NCBI GenBank assembly: GCA_020184695.1
Contig: JAANOX010000179.1
Span: 1 to 64,000 of the forward strand
Reading direction: 5' to 3'
Length of the DNA: 64,000 nt
Source of the DNA: Histomonas meleagridis 2922-C6/04-290x
Taxonomy: Eukaryota; Protista; Parabasalia
The stretch's first letter is position 1; each line of letters starts with the position of its first letter. Positions 40,617 through 50,700 of this stretch are shown here, one piece after another. Position numbers and translations under genes: made by a program. The notes beneath the pieces are model-generated. The model ran no database searches. It was not told the origin of the DNA and saw only the letters and a program-made list of their open reading frames with translations.

Positions 40617-41886
40617 TTGAACGAAGAAAACATTAAAGAATTGAATTTTCTCTTAGAAAAAATGATTAAATTAAATATAATTTCATCGAGTTCAGTTAGA
40701 AACAAACTTACTTTTTATTTCGCACATTACATACCGAATAAACCAAAAAGAGGACATGAAATTCCATTTGAGAACTATTTCTTTAATAATTATAAAGAAC
40801 TTTCAAAGAATGATTGGGAATTACATAAGAAATATGTTGCCGAAGGAGTTAATCCAAATGAAATTGCAAAAATAATTCGAAATGATGAAATCGAAAAATT
40901 TCAAGAAATATCATCACAAACAAATTTTGATTTTAATCAAATAATTGAACCATCACTTTATGAAAGATGTTCATTTATTAATAAAGATAATGTAACATTA
41001 ATTGATTATGCAGCATTTTTTGGATCTGTTAAATGTTTTAAATATTTACTTATGAACAATGTAAATGTTAAAAACGCAGGTAAATATGCAATTGCAGGTG
41101 GAAATGAAGAAATCATTCATTTATGTGAACAAAATCATTCATCTTTTCAAAATGCATATGAAACAGCAATCCAATTTCATAGAAATGATATATCATTTAT
41201 TTAAATATCTTTATGAAAACAAAATCACTAAAACTATTGATTTGGTATTATTTTATAAAAAATGCATTTTAAATAGTAATTATGAAATTCTTTCATACTT
41301 GCATGAAAAAGAAGAAATGGAATTAGAAACATTTATTTATGAGTTTTCTTCAACAGGAAATTTATTTATAATGAAACATTTTCTTGAGAATAATAAAAAA
41401 TTACCAAATAATATTTTTATATTAATTCCAAGCTCAGGTAATATAGAAATTGTTAAATTACTACTTAAAACGAAAGGGATTGATGTGAATGATAAAGATG
41501 TTTATTTGTTTTATTTAATATTTATTTTAATAATTTTATATTTCAAAATAATATTTGGAAATTATTTAAATTATTTAATACAGCACTTATTAGAGCATCT
41601 GAAAATGGTCATACAGAAATAGTTCAATTACTTCTTGAACAAGAAGGAATTGATATTAATGCTAAGGATATTTATTTGTTTTATTTAATACTTATTTTAA
41701 CAATTTGGTAATCCAAAATAATATATGGAAATTATATAAATAATTTGAAACAGCACTTATGAAAGCATCTGAAAATGGTCATACAGAAATAGTTAAATTA
41801 TTTCTTGAACAAAAAGAAACTGAAATTAGTGCCAAAGTTGTTTTATTTATTGTATTTGAATATCAAACTAACTCTTTTTTGGATTA
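40617..41886 (+). pseudogene. Second DUF3447-ankyrin paralog (5' part decayed, 7-nt insertion near 41192) with two 80-nt spacers
   Basis: 40653-40972 matches 32356-32675 (reverse complement). Spacers at 41500-41579 and 41670-41749 separate TAL...DINAKD modules. Confidence 0.75.
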
Positions 41887-42599
41887 AGAGATAATGGTTT
41901 ATAAAATATTAAAACTGTTCATTTGCTATTAAGAATTCACAAAAATTAATATCAACTAAAAAATGTTTTTTGTTATAATTTTAATATTATCTGTACTTTA
42001 TGAATTAATAATCTTTCGTATGAATTACCAAATGAACTTATAAGTATTTTAAACAAAATACAAAGGAACATATTCCAATGTTGTGAAAACAATGGGTGAC
42101 ACCAATCTCATAATCGAATGGTTCAAATACCTACACAACCCATACGTTTTGTTAGCCACATATGCTTGAATTCCATATATTAATAAAGTGGTTCAATTTG
42201 GGATCTTTATATATTTGAAGAAACATTCTCTATGTGTATACACATTTTTATTTTTTGTTATTTAAATGATATCGTGAATATTTCTTTGTTATATCCAATA
42301 AACATGTTTACTCATAGAAATTACATCACCTGTTACTGACTATATTTTTCCCGCTAAGTGTTAAATTGTAGATTTCAGAAGATGTTACTATTATTTCTTT
42401 AAATATTACACTTATACCAAATGCATTGACATAGAAAATTAAGTTTTTTTAAGCCAAAAAAAATATTTCAAAACACATTTGATTTATATGGGAGATAGAG
42501 AGTTTAGTAATCTGGAAATAATGATGAAATACATATTTTATGGGCAACAGCTTTTTTAGGCATTTCTGGCCGTTTACGATTTTGCTGGCTCAAAAGTCA

Positions 42600-44120
42600 A
42601 TGTCAAGCGGGAACTCCTTCGACGTTATTATCAATTCTTCCGAAAGTACTCTTTCACTTGAACCAGGACTGATGACATTCAAGCCAAAATCTAAAGGTAT
42701 TTCTGCACAGTTGAGAGCAGGCGAAATTGATCATGCCGAATGGATTACCGAAGGTCAAATTTGTATTCTTCAAATACACACACAAGCTAATCACTTCTTT
42801 GCTATTTCTGGTTTCAAGCCATCTGATAATGATCAAATTTCAAACTATCTTGAAGAACAGTTTAATATTAAGCCAGAAATTAAAAACGCATTAATCACAG
42901 GAACGAACATAGCTGAGCTTCAGTTCAAAGAAAAATTCCTCACACTTTCACGTGATGGCAATTTAATAATGAATCTACCATACTCCAAAGTCAGTCAACC
43001 ACAAGTTATTCCACCTACAGACCTTCTTATTGTTTTCACACCAGACGCAGAAGCCACAGGTGAAACTCTTGAATCCATTTCATTATCTGTTCCAAATGAA
43101 TCCGAAATGTCTAATCAAGACATCATTCGAGAAATCCTTACTCGAACAAATCTTGCTGCAGGCACTGAAACGTACATTGCAGAAGTCAAAGAAGTTGTTT
43201 TCTGTAAACCACGTCAACGGTTTAACGTCAGATTCTGTCCCGAAATCCTCAACATATATAATGATGAACTAAGTCATCGAATTCCGTACACACATATTTA
43301 CATGGTTCATCGATTAGAGATTCCACTTCGTAAGAACAAAAGTCGTGAGAATTATATTGTCATTTCGCTCACGCGAGCTATTCGTCAAGGTAATACATCA
43401 TATCAACATCTTGTCATCACTACATCTGAAAGTGAAGATGTTGAAGCCGAAGGTCTTGATCATGAGACGACAATGGCGAATGCGCTTGAAGAGCTTCTCC
43501 GTCGTGTTGGCGCTAACATTATTCCTACGAATGATTTTTATGTGAATCCAGCTCATGACATTGGTACACATTGTCAATATAAGAATGCTAATGGTTATAT
43601 ATATCTTACTGATGATGCCATTTTATATTTACATAGCCAAGTTTTATATTTGCCTTATAAGAAAATCATAACAGTCGAGTTCCAAAAGTATAAAGAAATG
43701 CTTAAGGAAAATAAAATGTTCGACATTACAATTGTAACTGATAATCGTCAACATAAATATACAATTACAAATATCGATACAATTAATGGTATCACTCTAG
43801 ACATAGGTAAAGATGAAGATGCCGCAGAAAGAAGAAATAAAATGTTACGCGATAGTTGCGTAGAAGGTTTAAAGGGTATGGCAGAATACATAGAGAAGAA
43901 AGGTGTGACTATTGTTAAAGCTAAACATTTGAAGAGATATATTGAGGAATATGAAGATACAAGCTCAAGAGGTATGCGCGCGGCAAGAAAGAACGAGAGA
44001 ATCATTATCGCAGATGAGTCAGATGAAGATGAAGACTTTAACCCGAACGCTGAAAGCTCTGAATCAAGTGAAGATGAAGAGGAAGAAGAAGGAACAAGCA
44101 GCGAGAAAGAAAATGATTAA
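42600..44120 (+). CDS. SSRP1: FACT complex subunit SSRP1/Pob3
   Basis: Tandem PH-like domains, CKPRQRFNVRF, YIVISLTRAIRQGNTSYQHLV, CQYKNANGYIYLT and an acidic tail. ATG at 42600. Confidence 0.9.
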   Translation: MSSGNSFDVIINSSESTLSLEPGLMTFKPKSKGISAQLRAGEIDHAEWITEGQICILQIHTQANHFFAISGFKPSDNDQISNYLEEQFNIKPEIKNALITGTNIAELQFKEKFLTLSRDGNLIMNLPYSKVSQPQVIPPTDLLIVFTPDAEATGETLESISLSVPNESEMSNQDIIREILTRTNLAAGTETYIAEVKEVVFCKPRQRFNVRFCPEILNIYNDELSHRIPYTHIYMVHRLEIPLRKNKSRENYIVISLTRAIRQGNTSYQHLVITTSESEDVEAEGLDHETTMANALEELLRRVGANIIPTNDFYVNPAHDIGTHCQYKNANGYIYLTDDAILYLHSQVLYLPYKKIITVEFQKYKEMLKENKMFDITIVTDNRQHKYTITNIDTINGITLDIGKDEDAAERRNKMLRDSCVEGLKGMAEYIEKKGVTIVKAKHLKRYIEEYEDTSSRGMRAARKNERIIIADESDEDEDFNPNAESSESSEDEEEEEGTSSEKEND

Positions 44121-44328
44121 GAAATAAAAAACAAATTTCAATTATATTCTCATCATAATAATTTAGTATTAATGCTAATAAAATAATGTACTCTTTGATT
44201 ACTTTTTTTGAAAATATTATTGTTAATAATTATTTATTAAGATATCTTGAATTATCATATCTAATGATTAAAATGTTGAAATTGGTGCACCCCAAAAATG
44301 ATTTAGGAGGTTATTAAACGTTTAACAC

Positions 44329-45489
44329 ATGAAGGAAGCAAAAGAGCTTTCGTGCGATGAATATATTTCGAAGCTTGAAGCACAGGTCTCCGAGCTAAAG
44401 TCAATAAGAAATGCATACAAGCAATCAAAAACAACTGTACCAATTTATGAGCCAGCGATTCTCAAAACTCTTTCTCAAATAGAAATTTCTATCAATGGAA
44501 TCAGACACACATACCTTCCATTGACTATTCCAGATTTTTTCCAAATCCCAAAAGTTCCACCAAAATGGTCATCTCTTAATCAAAAGGAAGCATTAGCATT
44601 TTCAAATGTATCAATCACCAACGAATCCAAGCAAAAAGAGCTACTTCAGAACTATAGACGCCCTGGATTAAGAAAATCTGAGATTCAAAAAACAGCAAAA
44701 GCCCTCAATTTCCAACAAAACAAACTCAAAGAGGAAATGCAAACCCAACAGTTCAATATCATCTATGAATCTCTGGTGAATAAACTCAGAGTTCAAATCG
44801 AGCCTTCAAAATCACAATCGAACAAACTCACTCAAATGATTGAAAGCTTTATCGAAGCAAATGAAATGGACAAACCGTTTGATATTGAATCCACAAACCT
44901 CCTTTTATTGTCACTTTTCAGTGATGAGGGACCGTTAACGAATGGGTTGATGAAAATCAAATCTGTTTCAAAAGAAATAACAACAATTGCAGCATCTGTT
45001 GAAAAGGTAACTAGTGGGGTAACAAGTGATGAGATAATTGATCTACTTAAACCTTATATAGCTGATTTACATACTGAGCAACTAAAACAGCCTATCAAAA
45101 AATACTGCTCAGAAATCCAGAAATCTCTTGCAGAAGCCATTGACATCCTTGGAGATGATGCTTCTATGGCCGATTTCGGAGATGATGTTGTAACAAATGT
45201 ATTTGTCACTTCAGGTCTAAAGAAATCTCTCAACTTCGAAGGCGTTGATAACCTCGTTGCCACGTTTGAAGAGGTTGGACAGAAGGCGATTGAGTTTGCA
45301 AAAGATAAATCATCAGCTGCTCAAATGATCGCTGTGGCCATCATATCCGAAAACCTCATTGACATCCCTTTGAACTTTATGTACGCAATAAGCTGGAGCT
45401 CAAACTTGATTCTTGAAAGTTTCACAACAAAAACTCTGTTTCTTCAAGCTTTCGACTACATTGTGAACTTAATTCCTGATTTTGGATAA
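44329..45489 (+). CDS. 386-aa helical/coiled-coil hypothetical protein
   Basis: Long clean ORF with coding-like composition. No family recognised. Confidence 0.7.
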   Translation: MKEAKELSCDEYISKLEAQVSELKSIRNAYKQSKTTVPIYEPAILKTLSQIEISINGIRHTYLPLTIPDFFQIPKVPPKWSSLNQKEALAFSNVSITNESKQKELLQNYRRPGLRKSEIQKTAKALNFQQNKLKEEMQTQQFNIIYESLVNKLRVQIEPSKSQSNKLTQMIESFIEANEMDKPFDIESTNLLLLSLFSDEGPLTNGLMKIKSVSKEITTIAASVEKVTSGVTSDEIIDLLKPYIADLHTEQLKQPIKKYCSEIQKSLAEAIDILGDDASMADFGDDVVTNVFVTSGLKKSLNFEGVDNLVATFEEVGQKAIEFAKDKSSAAQMIAVAIISENLIDIPLNFMYAISWSSNLILESFTTKTLFLQAFDYIVNLIPDFG

Positions 45490-46052
45490 GTTTTAATGTT
45501 GAGTGAAGGAAATATACTAAATTATTAAATATCATTTTGATTTTTTGTCTTTTATATAAAAAATAAAATGTTTAACATACAATTCAATTCATGAATGATA
45601 CAATGGGTTAATTAAAACTGTTAAATGTTTTTTCATTAGCACATACAAGTTTAAACGATTTATAAATATTCAGATTTTTGATTTCTAAATCATATCTTTC
45701 TGTGTTTGTTGTGAAATTGGAATTAATAGCATACGTTATTACCATTATATTTTCGCTAATTAGAAAAATGATCATTGTTTCTTCACATTGAATGGATCAA
45801 TTTTTTTATACAATAAAATGTGTATTTCTCCCCAAATCCTTTTGCTTTGAAATATTCATTAATTAGTACAGTTATTGAAAAAGAAGTCAATATTATTTCT
45901 TTCATCCAAGTGATGCTCAAATTATGTAGATTCAATAAATATTCTGGATTAATTTTTATAACTCATACATTCTTTCGTCAATTTCTTTAGCTAAATCATT
46001 AATTTATTGAAATGATTCATGTATTATTTTGTCTTTTATTTTTATATATATA

Positions 46053-46080
46053 GGGTGTCCAACCCCAAGTGTAGCATCTC
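46053..46080 (+). repeat. Mariner left TIR GGGTGTCCAACCCCAAGTGTAGCATCTC
   Basis: Reverse complement of 47322-47349, 27/28 identical. Confidence 0.95.
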
Positions 46081-47321
46081 ATTATACAAATAAAATTTAA
46101 ATGAACTAAGATAATGATTAGAATGTTTACTTGATATACTCTCCTTTGGTATGTATTACTTGTTCCAATCTCCTTTCCCATTCTTCAAAAACCCGTTTTA
46201 ACATATCGGTTGGTATTTGTTGCAAAATATCAGTTATACATTTTTTACCTCCCTTTCTTCTTCGTATGATTGACGTTCCATTTTATTTTTTATATAGCCA
46301 AATAGGAAGAAGTCTGATTGTGCTATATCTGGTGAATAAGGAGGATGAGGTGCTCTTTTAAGACCCTTTAATATTCATTATATTAGTTGTGTGCTTCGAT
46401 ATGTGAGGACGTGCATTATCGGCATGGACGGTTAATCTTCTTCCTTCATTATCTAAATATCCCCCATTTAATTTTGAAAGTTCCTTAATAATATTATTTG
46501 CATAATACTCTGAATTAAATGTTTCCCCTTTTGGAAGATAGTTAATAACTATTATTCCGCTTGGATTCCAAAAAGTTGTCAGCATAATCTTTTTATCTGT
46601 TAAAACCTTATTTGGACGTGTTTGAGGCTGACTTCCGATGGGTATCCATTGTTGAGAAGGATAATATAAATATTCAAACCAAGATTCGTCTCCTGTAACG
46701 AAATATATATAATTGTTATGTTTGGCTGAATTCAGAATATTAATAAGTGTATTTGAGATTGTTACCCTTTGAATATTTTGTTTTTCTGAGAGACTGTGGG
46801 GAACCCACTTTAAATGCATGCTTACATTCAAAAGCATATTTGTTAAATGATAATATTCCGTACTTTTTGGAATCCCCGTAGTGTTAGCTATATAACGAAC
46901 AGATGCAAATGGCTCTTCATCAAGTACATACAAAATTTTTTCATTAATGATTTTGTGTTCATCGAAATTTGCATTTGGAGTTTCCTTGTTAACGGTTTTT
47001 GATGTTTTGCAATTTCTAATATATTTTGTAATTGTTGAATATGAAATACATTGATCCTTAAGAGTCAACTTCATTTCTGTATATATTGATTTTTAATTTT
47101 TCCCTTGTAAGTGTAAGAAAATCGCGATTGACTTCTGGTCGAGTTCCATTTTGAACTTTTTGATAATTTTAAACGTATATTTTATCCAATTTTCTATCAA
47201 AAAAGTTCAAATATTTCATTATATCTAATTTTTTATGAAATTTCATATTTATAAAGAATAAAATGTTATATCCATATATTATTTATATATATTTATCAAT
47301 AATTATATATGCTCACATATG

Positions 47322-47349
47322 GAGATGCTACACTTAGGGTTGGACACCC
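47322..47349 (-). repeat. Mariner right TIR
   Basis: GAGATGCTACACTTAGGGTTGGACACCC followed by TA. Confidence 0.95.
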
Positions 47350-47753
47350 TATATATTATGTTGTGGAATCATAGCCGAATAAAAATTTAACATGACAAAA
47401 TGATCTTATGATTTTTTTCTTATCACATTTAATAGATAATAGAAAGCACAGAAAAAAAAATAGTAAATATTTATTAAAAGATCATAGATTTTGGTAAATT
47501 GCAATTTTAATTTTCATGAAACACGAAAATTATATTTACTAAGATCTCAAAAATTGATAGATTTTTATTAAAAATCAGATAGCTTTGGATGCATTGTTGT
47601 TTGCTTGGCTTGAAAAGTAAAATTTTGTACAATTTTTTATCTTTCACTGAAAATTACAGTTTACTCACAACACATTTTTGAACTCAATTGAGGAAATGTA
47701 ATCCTCACAAAAAAAATCTAATAAACAATTCAATTTCTTCTTGCCACAAAAGA

Positions 47754-50700
47754 ATGAGAAAAAAGAAATCAGAAACTTCTATCAAGGAATCATTCTTTTC
47801 ACAGGAGGCTCTAAAATCTATCCCATTCATTCCTTTTATGGAGCCCACGCCTTTACCTAAAAAGGAGCCATCAGAAGAGGAAATATCCACACTTTATAGA
47901 AACATGATTTCTGATATCGAAATTGATAGCGAGCAAAAACGAGAATGGTTTGAATCAAAACCAATAAAAGAAAAATGGACGATGTATTGTGAGCAACTCA
48001 TAGAAGATTCAAAAAGTCCAGCTCCTGAGTACTTAATCAAATGCCTTTTTGCTTACCCATCATCCGAAGTTCTAAATGAGCTCAACAAGCAAATTTGTAA
48101 AAATCGAATTTCATGGCATCAAAGATTTTTCAGGAATAATGGACATCAAGTATTATTGTCCTTACTTGGTCAATACAACAAATATGCCAATCCAATGTTA
48201 TGCTCACAAATATCGCCTAGTGAAGTAATTACTGGCTCATTATTATGTTTGAAAAGTCTTCTTCATTCTCAATTTGGACGAACTGCCATTAGCATTTTTA
48301 CGGAATCGATTCCACATGTTGTTTCCTCTATGCAAATGAGAATTGGTTATTCACTCGAGAATGCGATGTCTATTTTAAGTCTTTTACTTTTCAACGATCG
48401 CGACGATAAAAATAAAGTTAACAAAATTAAAACGGCCCTCAGAGAATTTGAGAAGCTTCAGAAAATTTCTTGGTGCACTATAGCAACTGAACTTTCATCA
48501 AGACCAGATCGACGATTTGTTTCCTGTGTAGTTAATCTAATCAAAAACATGCTTCTTTCACTTTCTAATCATCCCAAAGTTCGAGCAAGTTTATCAATTA
48601 GTCTTCTTTCAAGTGGAATGTTTGATGCTTTTCGTAAAATGAATTATAGCCAAGAAGATACACTTGGAGTGTCAGTTGAAACAATTGTTTTAAATCTTAC
48701 TGTTGATAATGAGATGTTAGATACATTATTCAAGACAAAAACTACAAATCCTTTATCAACAAAGAGTATTTTTAACACATTGAAAAATAATATTTCACCT
48801 CAATATTTTAAGTCATTAATTGTTTCTCTTTGTGATATTGTATTAAATTATGATTCAGCAAAGACGAAATTGTTCGTTTTTTTGCACAACTTTTTGACTA
48901 TTTACCGATACTTTTTGACTCAGGGGAACGTTAACGGGTTAGGATCGGCCGTTACAACGGCTTCGATGATGGAAAAGCCAATCGAAATACCATTTAAGTT
49001 TACGACATTTAAACCTCATCAAGTTCATCGAGATTTATATCAAACGTCTGGATTTATTTGCGACTCTGAGCTTTCAGCAATTAAAATTGAAGATTATACA
49101 CAAATTTTAGAATCGACAAATGAATTATTAAATATCAAAGAAGAAAAGAACAAATTAAACGAAAAGATACAACAAATGAAAAACAGAGCTGATGAAATGT
49201 CGAAGACAATTAAACAAAAAGATGAAAATATTCGAAAAACGGATGCGAAAATTGAAGAACTTATCGATGAGAATAATCAAACAGTTAAAAAGATGACTGA
49301 ACAAATGAATCAAGTAAAAGAAGAAAACAGAAAACAAAAAGATTCGATACAATCATATCTTAAAAAGATTTCAGCGATGGAAAATGACAAAGAGAAAATG
49401 TTAAATGAATTTGATGAGAAAATTAATTCATTAAATAAAGAATTGAAATCAAAAGATGAAAAAATTAATGTAATAAATGCTAAAAATAGAGAAATAGAAA
49501 AGAATAACGTACAGAAAGAAATCGCATTAAAGAACTCAACAATAAAAGTTAAAGAATTGGAAGAAAGTAACTTAGAAAAGCAAAAATCAATTAGCAATTC
49601 AGTTGTGAAAATTAAAGAATTAGAAAATAGTAATAAACAGAAAGAAGAAACAATTAACGACTTAAATAATAAAAACAAAGAATTGGAAAATATTAGAAAA
49701 CAAAAGGAAGAAACAATAAGTAAATTAAATAGTAAAAATAAAGAATTGGATGAAAATTGTAAGCAAAAAGAAGAAAAAATTAATTCATTGAACAATAAAA
49801 TAACTGAAATTGAAAATGTAAATAAACAAAAGGAAGAAACAATTAATAAATTAAATAGTAAAAATAAAGAATTAGAAAATAATAATAAGCAAAAGGATGA
49901 AACAATAAACAAAATAAACAATAAAAACAAAGAGTTGGAAAATAATAATAAACAAAAAGATGAATCAATTAATAAATTAAACAATAAAAACAAAGAATTG
50001 GAAAATAATAATAAGCAAAAAGATGAATCAATTAATAAATTAAACAATAAAAACAAAGAATTGGAAAATAATAATAAACAAAAAGATGAATCAATTAATA
50101 AATTAAATAATAAAATTAAAGAATTCGATAACACTGTCAAGCAAAACCAAGTAACAATTGAGAAACTAAATAAAAGCATTAAAGATTCAGAGGAAAAGAA
50201 CCAACAAAAAGAAGAAAGAATTAATTCGATGAACACTAAAATAAAAGAAATCGAAAATAATATTAAACAAAAAGAAGAAACAATAAACAAATTAAACAGT
50301 AAAATTAAAGAATTGGAAAATAATAATAAGCAAAAAGATGAATCAATTAATAACCTAAACAATAAAAACAAAGAATTAGAAAACAAAGGAAAGCAAAAAG
50401 ATGAAACAATAAGCAAACTAAACAGTAAAATTAAAGAATTGGAAAATAATAATAAACAAAAAGATGAATCAATAAGCAAATTAAATAATAAAATTAAAGA
50501 ATTACAGAACAATGTAAATCAAATGCAAGAAACAATTGAGAAACTAAACAAAAACATTAAAGATTCAGAAGAAAAGAACAAACAAAAGGAAGAAACAATT
50601 AATAACTTAAGTAACAAAAATAAAGAAACAGAAAATGACAATAAACGAAAGGATGAAACAATAAACAAATTAAATAATAAAATTAAAGAATTAGAAAATA

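Larger units (their letters stand above)
46053..47349 (-). mobile_element. Full-length mariner (DD34D) element, 1297 bp, TA target-site duplication, transposase inactivated
   Basis: 28-bp TIRs with 1 mismatch; TA at 46051-46052 and 47350-47351. Transposase runs 47149 to 46127 with VTGDESW, HADNARPH and HPPYSPDIAQSDF, broken by a TAA at codon 19 and two single-base frameshifts. Confidence 0.93.

Noticed and set aside
30194-41749. Spacers as ordinary GT-AG introns ending at ACAG
   Set aside because: Only one spacer starts with GT. The ACAG is the Thr-Ala codon pair and is absent before two modules (ACA CCA, ACA ACA). Using it would delete conserved ankyrin residues. No TTTAAC-AG branch unit like that of the PLAC8 introns is present.
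41950-42430. Possible decayed coding sequence on the minus strand
   Set aside because: Frames are too broken and no motif was recognised.
15572-47753. N-terminal extensions from TTG/GTG/CTG or upstream ATG starts in the ORF track (e.g. 15652, 16697, 27899, 36655, 37330, 42540, 47688)
   Set aside because: Homology begins at, or the likely start is, a downstream ATG, and the extensions overlap promoter-like sequence.
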